DNA of 64,000 nucleotides from an uncultured Chloroflexia bacterium (GCA_963750275.1 CAVVQC010000011.1:152880-216879); one strand, 5' to 3'; positions 1 to 9,799 are shown, numbered from the stretch's first letter. The notes: a model not told the origin generated them from the letters alone. A program made the numbers and translations.

Positions 1-3000
1 CAAACTATGGGGGCGGAACTCAGCAAACCAACGGCGGCGGATCCGTCTCCTGGTCCGGGATACCACTCGGCACCGGATACTCCGTCTCCGAATCGGTCCC
101 TGATGGTTATGGCACGCCATGGGTCTATTGCGAGGTGTCCGGCGATCCAAACAATCCTGGTGACGTGCAACCGAGCTTCTTCGCCGCAAGTGGCGGGAAT
201 ATGGACGTCGGCTATTCTGCCCCAGCTCTGGCGGCGTACACCCAGGCTACCTGCTACTGGTTCAACACCCCGCCTGCCCAGCAGAATGGCCAGGATCAAC
301 AGTATCAAGGCGGGAATTCTGCGGTCGTCCACATTCAAAAATATGTTTGCGACGCAACCTACGATTACCAGAGCGCTAATGCCAACGTCTTCCAGGATTG
401 CCAGGCGCCACATACCAATGTGAAGTTCACGGTCAACGGCGGAAACTCCAGCACAACGGGCAACGATGGTGCGGTCGAGTTCGGTTCCTTGCCGGCGGGC
501 CAGGCGCAGATCCGCCTGATCGAAGCAAGCGGATATATCCCGATTCTGGTGGGGTGTACCGGCTGGGATAATAGCCAGAGCGGCACTCCCGACAAGAACA
601 CGACCAGCAAGGTGACCTGGACCGACGAGGGCAACGGCTCATACCTCATCACCGGCAACCTGGTCGAGAATCAAACCTATTACTGCTACTGGTACGACAT
701 CCCCAGTGGATTCGGGACCGTCTATCTTTACAAGTACTACTGTGATCCCACCTTCGATTGGGAGAACGGTAGCTACGACTACCTCCACTCTGGCTGTACC
801 AATCCGCAGTCCGATGTCTCTTTTGAGATCCACAACGGCAACTATTCGCAGGACAAGACGACCGACAGCGGAGGCGCGGCTACCTGGACGGACGTGCCAA
901 CGGGTGATGCGGAGATCATCGAACAGGTGCCAAGCGGCTACCAGGTCGGTCGAATCTTCTGTGGCGTCGCCGATCAAAACAACGCCACCCAACCCACCTC
1001 GTGGGACGAGTACACCTACACGAACGGTTATCACGTTCAGGTGCCCGCCGGGAAGTATGTGCACTGCTACATCTTCGATATCCCGAGCGACTTCGGCACG
1101 ATCTACCTCTACAAGTACTACTGTGATCCGACGTTCGACTGGGAAAATGGCGGCTATGACTACCTGTTGTCGGGCTGCACCAACCCCCAAACGGATGTCT
1201 ACTTCGAAGTCCATAACGGCGGATATTCCGAAGGACAGACCACTGACGGATCGGGCACCGCGGTCTGGAGCAACGTGCCCTCGGGCTCGCTCGACATCAG
1301 TGAACAGTCGCCCGATGGATATGCCGTTGGACGGGTTTTCTGCGGCTACTCGTCCGATGGCAGCACACTGCCCACCTCGTGGGACGAATACACCTACAAC
1401 CAGGGGATTCAGGTAGAGCTCCCGGGCGGCCAGTATCTCTTCTGCGTCTATTTCAACGTGCCGTCTGACTCTGGCACGATCTACCTCTACAAGTACTACT
1501 GCGATCCCGCGTTCGATTGGGAGAACGGCGGCTACGACTACCTGTTGTCCGGTTGCCCGAACCCGCAAGCTGACGTCTATTTCGACGGCACATCCGGCAA
1601 CTATTCGCAGGGACAGACCACGGATAGCTCCGGCGCGGCTAGCTGGACCGGGGCACCTTCGGGAGATTTCGGCTTCGTCGAACAGCCACCGGATGGCTAC
1701 CGGGTCGGCCGCATCTTCTGCGGGTATTCCACCCAGCAGGGCACTCCGCCGACCTCATGGGATGAATACAGCTACTCGGACGGCTGGAGCGCTCCGTACG
1801 AAACCGATCAGTATCTCTACTGCTACGTGTTCGATGTTCCGTACGACAACGGCACCGTCTACCTCTACAAGTACTACTGCGACCCCACCTTCGACTGGGA
1901 GAACGGCGGCTACGACTACCTGTTGTCGGGCTGCACGACCCCGCAATCGGATGTCTACTTCGAGCTCTACGGCGACAGCTATACCCAGGGGCAGACCACT
2001 GACAGTAATGGGGCTACGACCTGGTCGGATGTTCCGTGGGGTAACCTCTCGTTCTACGAAGAAGTCCCCACTGGCTACCAGGTAGGCCGAATCTTCTGCG
2101 GCTACGCCGAGCAGGACGGCACGCAACCCACTTCCTGGGATGAGTACAGCTACTCCAACGGCTGGGACGTCCCCACGCCGCCAGGGAAATACCTGTACTG
2201 CTATATCTTCGATGTCCCATCGAGCTATGGCACGGTCTATCTCTACAAGTACTACTGCCAGCCGGAATTCGATTGGGAAACCGGCGGGTTCGAATACCTC
2301 CTCTCCGGATGCAACACACCGCAATCGGACGTGTACTTCGAAACCCACAACGGCAACTATTCCCAGGGACAGACGACCGATAGCGCCGGTATGGCAACCT
2401 GGACCGATGTGCCGTGGGGCAATCTGGAAATCACCGAGCAGGCTCCAGACGGCTACAAGGTCGGGGCCATCTATTGTGGCTACTCAGATCAGCAAGGAAC
2501 GCAGCCATCATCGTGGACGGAGGGCACCTATTCCGGCGGGTACAACGTTGAGCTGACGGAAGGGCAGTATCTCTACTGCTACATCTTCGATGTGCCGTAC
2601 GACAACGGCACCGTCTATCTGTACAAGTACTACTGCGATCCCACCTTCGACTGGGAAAATGGCAGCTACGACTATCTGTCCTCAGGCTGCACCAGCCCGC
2701 AGTCTGATGTCTACTTCGAGCTCTCAGGCGATAGCTACAACCAGGGTCAGACCACCGATAGCGGCGGTGCGGCGACCTGGGCCGACGTGCCATGGGGCAA
2801 CCTCTCGTTCTTCGAAGAAGCTCCGGACGGCTACAAAGTCGGACGTATCTTCTGTGGCTATTCCGACACAGAAGATACGCCGCCAACCTCGTGGGATGAG
2901 TACAGCTACTCCGATGGCTGGGACGTTCCCACCCCGCAAGGCAAGAACCTGTACTGCTACGTCTTCGACGTTCCGTATGACTACGGCACGATCTATCTCT

Positions 3001-5477
3001 ACAAGTACTACTGCGCGCCTGATTTCGATTGGTCCAGCGGTGGTTACGACTACCTCTATGGAGAGTGCACCTCACCGCAATCCGATGTCGACTTCGAAGT
3101 CAGCAACGGTGGGTACTCGTCGAGCCAGACAACCGACAGCGCCGGAGCAGCCACTTGGGCTGATGTGCCAGGTGGAAATCTCCAGATCATCGAGCAGGTG
3201 CCAGACGGCTATAAGGTCGGCCGCATCTTCTGCGGTTACTCCAGCCAGGATGGCGTACCACCCACCTCGTGGGACGAGTACGACTACTTCGATGGCTATA
3301 ACGTGTCGATCGAAGAAGGGCAGTACCTCTACTGTTACATCTTCGACGTCCCCTATACCTATAGCACCGTGTACATCTACAAGTACTACTGCGCGCCGGA
3401 ATACGACTGGCAGAGCAGTGGGTACGACGACTTCTATGCCAATTGCACCTCTCCGCAGGCTGACGTCTACTTCGAGATCGATGGGAGCGGCTACACGGAT
3501 GGCCAGACCACGGACAGCTCGGGTACTGCCACCTGGGCGGATGTGCCGATTGGCTCGCTGTCAATCTACGAGCAGCCGCCAACTGGCTATCAAGTCGGCA
3601 AGGTCTTCTGTGGAGTAATCGACCAGAACTCGGGAACGCTTCCCACCTCGTGGGATGAGTACACCTACACCGACGGATTCAACGTCGATCTCCCCGAGGG
3701 CCAGTACCTGCACTGCTTCGTCTTCAACGTGCCGAGCGAGTACGGCTGGGTGACGATCTGGAAGTACACCTGCCCGCAGGACTTCGACTACGCCTCTTCT
3801 GAGCAGTCGTACTACGAGTCCTCCTGCACCGAGCGACCGCAAGGCGTCGAGTTCGATCTCTCCAACGATCCGTACGGGTACCAGGAGAGCCAGTCGACCG
3901 ATTCCAGCGGTGAAGCGAGCTGGAGCGATGTTCCCTCGGGCGGCTCACTCTACGTATGGGAGGTGCCGAACGGCTACGAACCTGTCGCGGTCTATTGCGG
4001 CGTATCGTCCGACGGCTCGGAACCGAGCTCGTGGGATCCCTACACCCTGGATAGCGATGGCGGCTTGAGCGGCGTCTGGGTCGACCCGAACGCCTATCTC
4101 ATCTGCAAGTGGTTCAACAAGCCGTACGACAATCCGCAGGTCTGGATCTACAAGTACAACTGCGAACAAACCGCCCAATGGAGCTGGGCGTACCATCAGT
4201 TGCTCGCGAACTGCACCACTCCGGGGCCGGGTGTCGAGTTCGGATTTGGGCCGCAAGGCGGCGACCCATCTCTGTCGACCACCGACGATCAGGGCAAGTG
4301 GCTCTATGGGAACCTGGAACCTGGGGTTTGGTATTGGCAGGAGTCGTATCCGAGCGGATACTCCGGCGCGGTGGTCTATTGCCAGTGGGTCGGCGCGTAC
4401 GGATCGGGCGATTACCAGAAAGCGAACCTGGATGGTTCCACGCTCTGGCTTGATGTTGCGCACGGTGACGTTGTGACGTGCTACTGGTTCGATTTCCTGA
4501 CCGGATACGAACCGCCGACCTCTGGTAGTTCAAGTGGATCGAGCGGTTCGGGCGGATCCGGATCGTCTGGGGGCTCCAGCGGATCGGGCACCTCATCGGG
4601 TGGCACGAGCGGATCGGGCACGTCGGGTGGCACGGGAACCGCTGGAGGCTCGGGTGGCACCGGCGGACCGCCGCCGCTCACCTCCAATGTTCCTACCGGC
4701 CCCAAGACAGGCGGCGGATCAACCGGTGGATCGACCACGCAGACCGGAAACTCTAATGCGCCGGCAACTCTGATCATCGTGAAGCGAACCTGTCCAGAGG
4801 GATACGACCTCTACGGTAAGGACGCGGATGTCGAGAAGGATTGCAAAGACCTGACCGCAGGAATCGACTTCGGGCTCACCGATCTCGTGACGCCGGATGC
4901 CAAGCCAGTGGATCAAACCACGGGCGATGACGGAAAGGCGACCTGGACCAACCTGAAGGCCGGTCCATACCTGATCGTCGAATCCCTCCCGGAGGATACC
5001 TACGCGGAGTTCATCTGGACCTGCAAGAGCGACAAGCGGCAGTTCCAGATTCAGTACCCATTCACCCCGTTCTCCTATGCAGGACCGAACGGTGAAATCG
5101 GCATCACGCTCATCGGTGGCGAAAAGCTGGAATGCGCGTGGTACGACGTCCCGACCGCACCGGCTGAGGTGACGATCCTCAAGTTCGAATGTCCCGGTTC
5201 GCCGGTCATCATGGCCCAATGTTCCCCAGCCGGTGCCGGTGTGGCGTTCAACTTGACTCCAGCCGGGGGAGTAATGGGCGCCATCATTCAACTCACGACC
5301 GATGAAAGCGGAGTCGCGAGCGGCGCCGGGGTCGTCGGCGCCTACACCTTCGCTGAGCAAGGCGGCTCGCCCTGCCTCATCGATTCGGAATCGATGAACG
5401 ATCAGGGGCAGGTCGTACTCGCCGCAGGGAAACCCGCGGAGGTGAAGGTCTACAACTGTGGGGGCGGCGGAAGCTGA
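1..5477 (+). CDS. Giant secreted repeat protein, 5' end outside the window. At least 13 tandem four-cysteine beta-sandwich (Cna-B/SpaA-like) modules, an internal Gly/Ser linker and no C-terminal anchor
   Basis: Track ORF 135..5477 starts at an internal GTG. The same frame is open without a stop back to nt 3 and reads ...SWSGIPLGTGYSVSESVPDGYGTPWVYCEV..., which is another module, so the gene is truncated by the window edge. Recurrent unit: GT[VI]YLYKYYCDPTFDWENGGYDYLLSGC..TTDSxGxATWxDVPxG..E..PxGYxVGRIFCG..TSWDEY..YLYCYIFDVP. Stop TGA at 5475-5477. Confidence 0.85.
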   Translation, partial: NYGGGTQQTNGGGSVSWSGIPLGTGYSVSESVPDGYGTPWVYCEVSGDPNNPGDVQPSFFAASGGNMDVGYSAPALAAYTQATCYWFNTPPAQQNGQDQQYQGGNSAVVHIQKYVCDATYDYQSANANVFQDCQAPHTNVKFTVNGGNSSTTGNDGAVEFGSLPAGQAQIRLIEASGYIPILVGCTGWDNSQSGTPDKNTTSKVTWTDEGNGSYLITGNLVENQTYYCYWYDIPSGFGTVYLYKYYCDPTFDWENGSYDYLHSGCTNPQSDVSFEIHNGNYSQDKTTDSGGAATWTDVPTGDAEIIEQVPSGYQVGRIFCGVADQNNATQPTSWDEYTYTNGYHVQVPAGKYVHCYIFDIPSDFGTIYLYKYYCDPTFDWENGGYDYLLSGCTNPQTDVYFEVHNGGYSEGQTTDGSGTAVWSNVPSGSLDISEQSPDGYAVGRVFCGYSSDGSTLPTSWDEYTYNQGIQVELPGGQYLFCVYFNVPSDSGTIYLYKYYCDPAFDWENGGYDYLLSGCPNPQADVYFDGTSGNYSQGQTTDSSGAASWTGAPSGDFGFVEQPPDGYRVGRIFCGYSTQQGTPPTSWDEYSYSDGWSAPYETDQYLYCYVFDVPYDNGTVYLYKYYCDPTFDWENGGYDYLLSGCTTPQSDVYFELYGDSYTQGQTTDSNGATTWSDVPWGNLSFYEEVPTGYQVGRIFCGYAEQDGTQPTSWDEYSYSNGWDVPTPPGKYLYCYIFDVPSSYGTVYLYKYYCQPEFDWETGGFEYLLSGCNTPQSDVYFETHNGNYSQGQTTDSAGMATWTDVPWGNLEITEQAPDGYKVGAIYCGYSDQQGTQPSSWTEGTYSGGYNVELTEGQYLYCYIFDVPYDNGTVYLYKYYCDPTFDWENGSYDYLSSGCTSPQSDVYFELSGDSYNQGQTTDSGGAATWADVPWGNLSFFEEAPDGYKVGRIFCGYSDTEDTPPTSWDEYSYSDGWDVPTPQGKNLYCYVFDVPYDYGTIYLYKYYCAPDFDWSSGGYDYLYGECTSPQSDVDFEVSNGGYSSSQTTDSAGAATWADVPGGNLQIIEQVPDGYKVGRIFCGYSSQDGVPPTSWDEYDYFDGYNVSIEEGQYLYCYIFDVPYTYSTVYIYKYYCAPEYDWQSSGYDDFYANCTSPQADVYFEIDGSGYTDGQTTDSSGTATWADVPIGSLSIYEQPPTGYQVGKVFCGVIDQNSGTLPTSWDEYTYTDGFNVDLPEGQYLHCFVFNVPSEYGWVTIWKYTCPQDFDYASSEQSYYESSCTERPQGVEFDLSNDPYGYQESQSTDSSGEASWSDVPSGGSLYVWEVPNGYEPVAVYCGVSSDGSEPSSWDPYTLDSDGGLSGVWVDPNAYLICKWFNKPYDNPQVWIYKYNCEQTAQWSWAYHQLLANCTTPGPGVEFGFGPQGGDPSLSTTDDQGKWLYGNLEPGVWYWQESYPSGYSGAVVYCQWVGAYGSGDYQKANLDGSTLWLDVAHGDVVTCYWFDFLTGYEPPTSGSSSGSSGSGGSGSSGGSSGSGTSSGGTSGSGTSGGTGTAGGSGGTGGPPPLTSNVPTGPKTGGGSTGGSTTQTGNSNAPATLIIVKRTCPEGYDLYGKDADVEKDCKDLTAGIDFGLTDLVTPDAKPVDQTTGDDGKATWTNLKAGPYLIVESLPEDTYAEFIWTCKSDKRQFQIQYPFTPFSYAGPNGEIGITLIGGEKLECAWYDVPTAPAEVTILKFECPGSPVIMAQCSPAGAGVAFNLTPAGGVMGAIIQLTTDESGVASGAGVVGAYTFAEQGGSPCLIDSESMNDQGQVVLAAGKPAEVKVYNCGGGGS
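714..3743 (+). repeat. Eight near-identical tandem DNA repeats of 378/381 bp (126/127 codons) inside the giant CDS
   Basis: The string TACAAGTACTACTG recurs at 729, 1110, 1488, 1866, 2244, 2622, 3000 and 3378 (spacings 381, then 378 x6). Flanking copies (about 330-713 and 3744-5470) are diverged and recognisable only at protein level. Confidence 0.9.
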
Positions 5478-5485
5478 CTCGTCCC

Positions 5486-5517
5486 GAAGCGCCGCTCCAG
5501 CAATGGAGCGGCGCTTC
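5486..5517. terminator. Perfect 13-bp hairpin between convergent genes (giant CDS and cupin)
   Basis: GAAGCGCCGCTCC (5486-5498), loop AGCAAT, GGAGCGGCGCTTC (5505-5517). Only a weak T-tract follows (GCTTATT). Confidence 0.55.
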
Positions 5518-5519
5518 GC

Positions 5520-5864
5520 TTATTCCAGATCCGTCTGAACCATCTTATCGGTGATGTGGATGTCCACCTGCTTGAGTGGCACATCTCCCTGGCTCACGAA
5601 TTTGTGCGGGGTATTCGCGGGAACGATCACGATATCGCCGGCACGTACCACCTGCTGCGTTTCGCCATGGGTGATCAAGGCTTCGCCTTCGAGCGTGATG
5701 AAAATCTCTGGGTAAGGATGGGTATGCAATCTCGGGCCACTGCCCGGTTGCTGGTAGTTGAGAATGAAAAAGGACGCGTCGAGTCCGCCGTGCTCATATC
5801 CCTCGAAGCGGAACGAGCGGATATCACCATTTAGCAGGTGTCGGAAGTCGATCGGTTCGGGCAT
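5520..5864 (-). CDS. Cupin-domain protein
   Basis: 114 aa with a cupin_2-like core: GPRLHTHPYPEIFITLEGEA ... GDIVIVPANTPHKF. GAGGAG lies 7 nt upstream of the ATG at 5864. Confidence 0.8.
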   Translation of the reverse strand: MPEPIDFRHLLNGDIRSFRFEGYEHGGLDASFFILNYQQPGSGPRLHTHPYPEIFITLEGEALITHGETQQVVRAGDIVIVPANTPHKFVSQGDVPLKQVDIHITDKMVQTDLE

Positions 5865-5993
5865 ACGTCACTCCTCAGCCCGGCAGCTCCCCGGGCTATC
5901 CCAACTTCTCACGTTCGACAGCTTACTCGCCCCTCGTCATGGCACAATCCATGCAGAAACTCCACAACTATCGCAAAGGAGCATGGTTCGATA

Positions 5994-7355
5994 ATGACTG
6001 CAACGCAAACGTGGAACACGACAAAGCTTGTCGAACAAGCGAAAGCCCATTTGCTGCACCCGGTCTCCAATCTCAAGGAAATGCGAGCCAACGGCCCGCT
6101 GATCATGTCGCAGGGCGAGGGCGTCTATCTCTGGGATACGGATGGCAAGCAATATATCGATGCGTTTGCCGGCCTCTGGAACGTGAACGTCGGTCACGGC
6201 CGCAAGGTGCTGGCCGATGTCGCCGCCGAGCAGATCATGACGGTCGATTTTGTGCCGAACTTCTTCGGCCTGGCATCGCCGCCATCGATCGAGCTGGCTG
6301 CCAAGCTGGCCGAGATTTTCCCCGGGCACCTGAACCATTTCCAGTTCACCTCTGGTGGTGCTGAGTCGAACGAAACCTCACTCAAGATTGCCCGCTACTA
6401 CTGGTGGCTGAAGGGCAAGCCAGAGAAAACCAAAATTATCTCCCGAAAGATGGGCTACCACGGTATCGCCATGGGCGCGTTGGCCGCCACCGGCATTCCG
6501 ACATATTACGAGGGCTTCGGCCCAATGGTTCCGGGATACGTGCATGTCAGCGCGCCATACGCGTATCGGTTCGGTGAAGGGCTCACTGACGAAGAATTCG
6601 TCAACAAGCTCGTTCAGGAACTGGAAGAAACCATCGCCGCCGAAGGAGCCGACACAATCGCTGCCATGATCGCCGAGCCGGTTCAGGGCGCGGGTGGGGT
6701 CGCGGTGCCGCCCGATGGCTATTGGCCGGCTATCCGAAAGACGCTCGATAAGCACGGCATCCTGCTCATCGCTGACGAGGTCATCTGCGGGTTCGGCCGC
6801 ACCGGTGAGATGTTTGGCGAGCAGACCTTCGGGTACGTGGCCGATATTGCATCGTTCGCGAAGGGCATCACATCGGGCTATATCCCGCTGGGTGGTTCCG
6901 CCGTCTCGGATGAGATTTACGACACGATGTCCAGCGCCGACCGCATGTTCATGCACGGGTTTACCTACTCCGGTCACCCGGTGGCCTGTGCGGTGGGCTT
7001 GCGCAACATCCAAATCCTCGAGGAAGAGGATCTCGCCACCAATGCGAAAGTCGGTGGCGATGCACTTCGCGCCGAGCTGCATCGTCTGCTCGACGATCAT
7101 GCGCATGTCGGCGACATCCGCGGCATCGGCCAGATGACGCTGGTCGAGATGGTCGAAAACAGGGAAACCAAGGCCAAATACGACCCCGCGTTGAAGATGG
7201 GCGACAAGCTGACGATGGAGACCCGGAAGAACGGCATCATCGTTCGCTGCACAAACGACGGGGTCGCCATTGCTCCGCCGCTGACGCTTACGGTGGAGCA
7301 AGCCAAGACCGTTGCCGAGGCGGTTGCCGCATCGATCGAAGCCATCCTCATCTAG
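5994..7355 (+). CDS. Class-III (omega) aminotransferase, PLP-dependent
   Basis: Track ORF 5838..7355, but AAGGAG at 5976-5981 precedes the ATG at 5994 (MTATQTWNT...). Motifs: GLWNVNVGHGR, EPVQGAGGV, DEVICGFGRTG, SFAKGITSGYIPLGG (catalytic Lys context). Confidence 0.9.
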   Translation: MTATQTWNTTKLVEQAKAHLLHPVSNLKEMRANGPLIMSQGEGVYLWDTDGKQYIDAFAGLWNVNVGHGRKVLADVAAEQIMTVDFVPNFFGLASPPSIELAAKLAEIFPGHLNHFQFTSGGAESNETSLKIARYYWWLKGKPEKTKIISRKMGYHGIAMGALAATGIPTYYEGFGPMVPGYVHVSAPYAYRFGEGLTDEEFVNKLVQELEETIAAEGADTIAAMIAEPVQGAGGVAVPPDGYWPAIRKTLDKHGILLIADEVICGFGRTGEMFGEQTFGYVADIASFAKGITSGYIPLGGSAVSDEIYDTMSSADRMFMHGFTYSGHPVACAVGLRNIQILEEEDLATNAKVGGDALRAELHRLLDDHAHVGDIRGIGQMTLVEMVENRETKAKYDPALKMGDKLTMETRKNGIIVRCTNDGVAIAPPLTLTVEQAKTVAEAVAASIEAILI

Positions 7356-7381
7356 GCAGCGACTCGCTGGAAAACGAGAGA

Positions 7382-7416
7382 ATGGACGCTGGCGTACGCT
7401 ACCAGCGTCCATTTTT
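7382..7416 (+). terminator. Rho-independent terminator after the aminotransferase gene
   Basis: ATGGACGCTGG (7382-7392), 9-nt loop, CCAGCGTCCAT (7402-7412), followed by TTTTT. Confidence 0.75.
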
Positions 7417-7754
7417 CTCTCAGGTTTTGTTGTCAATATGGCAAGCTGAAGCCATTCTCAGCGGCGTTCTCGGGGATGGTGCCGCGACATGTGTTCGATA
7501 ATCGACCGATATGAAGCGCTATTCTCGCGAAAACTGTGCTTTTTTCGACAAGGCATGAAATCTGGTGGCTTGACTCAAAGTCCGAGCGTGGTATCAGTCG
7601 CAAAATGATTCGATAGCGTACAGTTGCGTACGTCGTCGCCGAACGGTAGTCTGGGTGCAAGCACCGCCTTACCCGCTTGCGCGACTTGCACCGCGCACGA
7701 CCGGTTCCGCTTCTTGCAGTGACGGATCCGGCGAAACCAACGAGGAATGTCCCG

Positions 7755-9671
7755 ATGCCCCGCTCCCCGCTTCGAGTCAGTCGCTGGCTTGTCATCCTGT
7801 TGGTTTGCTCGCTCATCGCGAGTGCCATCGCCGTCCAGCCCCAGGCCAGTGCGGCTACCAACTTGCCACTTGGCGTAGATGCGCAGGTGGCCGACGCTCA
7901 GGGCGACGCTGTCAATCTGCGCGACCAGCCGTCGTATGCCGGCAATGTCCTCACCAGCGTGCCGGAAGGATGGCTGGTAAACGTGCTCGATGGGCCGTTT
8001 ACCGACGACGTCGATGGAACGATTTGGTACCAGGTCGTGGCTCGCGGTCAGACCGGATACATGCTCTCCGACTTTCTGCGCTCTCCCGACGGAGACGTCT
8101 CCCCGGCCGCTGCGGCAACGACCACGGCCAATTTGAATCTCCGCTCAGGAGCCGGCACCAGTTTTGCGGTCCTGCTGGTCATTCCGAATGGCGCCACGGT
8201 CAACACCACCGGCGCAGTACAGAACGGATTCACTCAGCTCACCTACAACGGCACCACCGGTTGGTCGGCCAGTCAGTACCTCTCCACCAGTAGCGGCAGC
8301 ACGACCGCCACCGTGATCGATGGCTCCCTCAATCTCCGTTCCGGCCCGGGCACAAACTACTCCGTGGTTACCGTGATGCCCGGCGGCGCCACCGTCACGA
8401 TCACCGGCGCGTTGCAGAACGGCTTCTATCCGGTGCAATACGGCTCGTTCTCCGGCTACGCCTACGCCACCTACTTGCAGATCGGTTCAAACCCGACTCC
8501 GACACCGACCACGCCAGCCGGCCAATCCGCGACGGTGATCGACGGGGCGCTGAACCTGCGCTCGGGTCCGGGAACCAACTACTCCGTCATCCTGGTGATG
8601 CCAGGTGGCGCCACCGTGACGATCACTGGCGCCCTGCAAAACGGCTACTACCCGGTTCGTTATGGCTCGACGAACGGGTACGCATCGGCGACCTATTTGC
8701 AGATTGGAGGCACCCCGTCGTCTCCGACCCCCACCGCAACCGCTCCGGCAATCGACACAGCCACGGTGTTCGATGGCGCGCTCAACCTGCGTTCCGGCCC
8801 GGGCACCAACTACTCGGTGCTCACGGTGATGCCGGGCGGTTCGACGGTGAGCATCACCGGCAGCCTGACCAACGGATACTATCCGGTTCGTTACAACGGT
8901 ATCAACGGTTTTGCGTCGGCGACCTACTTACGACTCGGTTCCCAACCAACCGCAACGCCGACCACCCAGCCAACCGAAACGGCCTGGACCACCGCAAATG
9001 TCAATCTGCGCTCTGGTCCTGGCACGAACTACAGCGCACTCACGGTGGTGCCAAATGGCACCGCGGTCACCGTCACGGGCAGCTTGACCAGCAGCTTCTA
9101 TCCCGTGAACTACAACGGGACGGTCGGCTACATCTCCGCGACATACATCACCTTCGACGAGCCAGTCACGCCAGGACCCGGTGACGGGCTGTTGATCTGG
9201 CCGGTTTCCGGCGGAACCTGGGAAATCATCCAGGGCTATAACGGAGGCACCCACAACGGTTCGACGTACATGTATTCGTTCGACCTGCAACGCACCGATG
9301 GCGAGCAAGCAACGATTGGACAGACCATCTATGCGCCAGCTTCCGGGACTGTCCTTTGGACGAGCGGCGGCCTCCTGATCGGGATGAATAACGGCTACGG
9401 CATCGCGCTCTTCCACATCACGCTCAACTCCGGTATCTCCTCAGGAACCGTTCTGACGCAGGGACAGCCGATCGGCACGATCTCAGGTCCCGGCGGCTCT
9501 GGCTACCAGGTCACTCCGCATGTCGACATGACCCTCTGGCAGCTCCCGAATGGGGGCGGTACCCCGCGCATCTCGACGCCCTATACCGGGCAGTTCGCCA
9601 TCTCGGGTCAGGAGTTCGCGCCAGGCGCCCTCGCATTCAACACCTGGGGCGGAACCATCATCAATCCGTAG
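7755..9671 (+). CDS. Secreted cell-wall hydrolase: signal peptide, six SH3b repeats and a C-terminal M23/LytM-like peptidase domain
   Basis: GAGGAA lies upstream of the ATG at 7755 (MPRSPLRVSRWLVILLVCSLIASAIAVQPQASA). Six copies of NLRSGPGTNYSV.TVMPGGATVTITG.LQNGYYPV.Y.G..GYA.ATYL separated by T/P linkers. C-terminus: WPVSGGTWEIIQGYNGGTHNG..YSFDL ... PHVDMTLW. Confidence 0.85.
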   Translation: MPRSPLRVSRWLVILLVCSLIASAIAVQPQASAATNLPLGVDAQVADAQGDAVNLRDQPSYAGNVLTSVPEGWLVNVLDGPFTDDVDGTIWYQVVARGQTGYMLSDFLRSPDGDVSPAAAATTTANLNLRSGAGTSFAVLLVIPNGATVNTTGAVQNGFTQLTYNGTTGWSASQYLSTSSGSTTATVIDGSLNLRSGPGTNYSVVTVMPGGATVTITGALQNGFYPVQYGSFSGYAYATYLQIGSNPTPTPTTPAGQSATVIDGALNLRSGPGTNYSVILVMPGGATVTITGALQNGYYPVRYGSTNGYASATYLQIGGTPSSPTPTATAPAIDTATVFDGALNLRSGPGTNYSVLTVMPGGSTVSITGSLTNGYYPVRYNGINGFASATYLRLGSQPTATPTTQPTETAWTTANVNLRSGPGTNYSALTVVPNGTAVTVTGSLTSSFYPVNYNGTVGYISATYITFDEPVTPGPGDGLLIWPVSGGTWEIIQGYNGGTHNGSTYMYSFDLQRTDGEQATIGQTIYAPASGTVLWTSGGLLIGMNNGYGIALFHITLNSGISSGTVLTQGQPIGTISGPGGSGYQVTPHVDMTLWQLPNGGGTPRISTPYTGQFAISGQEFAPGALAFNTWGGTIINP

Positions 9672-9695
9672 CAGGTAGCAGGTAGCAGGTAGCAG
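9668..9695 (+). repeat. Heptanucleotide microsatellite (GTAGCAG)x4 starting within the stop codon of the M23 gene
   Basis: GTAGCAG GTAGCAG GTAGCAG GTAGCAG then ATAGC. The TAG stop of the preceding CDS is 9669-9671. Confidence 0.9.
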
Positions 9696-9700
9696 ATAGC

Positions 9701-9731
9701 GAGACCAGCGGTCCCCATGGACCGCTGGCTC
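9701..9731 (+). terminator. Hairpin terminator candidate after the M23 gene
   Basis: CCAGCGGTCC (9705-9714), loop CCAT, GGACCGCTGG (9719-9728), with flanking GAG/CTC. Followed by GTTCTCTGTT. Confidence 0.55.
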
Positions 9732-9799
9732 GTTCTCTGTTGGCGTACGGGTTCTCTTGCTTACAGCGGTTCTCGAAAGAACTACCCATACCCCCGTTT

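Noticed and set aside
639-1568. 309-aa minus-strand ORF, with similar ones at 1755..2348, 2431..3075, 4719..5360 and others, inside the giant repeat gene
   Set aside because: These are antisense or off-frame products of a GC-rich repetitive CDS. They are Arg/Val/Gly-rich, have no start context, and the plus-strand frame has clear modular protein structure.
4685-4717. NVPTGPKTGGG inside the Gly/Ser linker of the giant protein as an internal sortase motif
   Set aside because: It is not LPXTG, is not followed by a hydrophobic helix and basic tail, and two more folded modules follow it.
7440-7754. Cyclic-di-AMP (ydaO-type) or other riboswitch in the long leader of the M23 wall-hydrolase gene
   Set aside because: I could not find the conserved ydaO core elements (for example ACCCGAAUCC...AGCUAACCUCGUAAGC-like segments) or any other riboswitch signature I know. 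Only a weak promoter-like TTGACT at 7569 is present.
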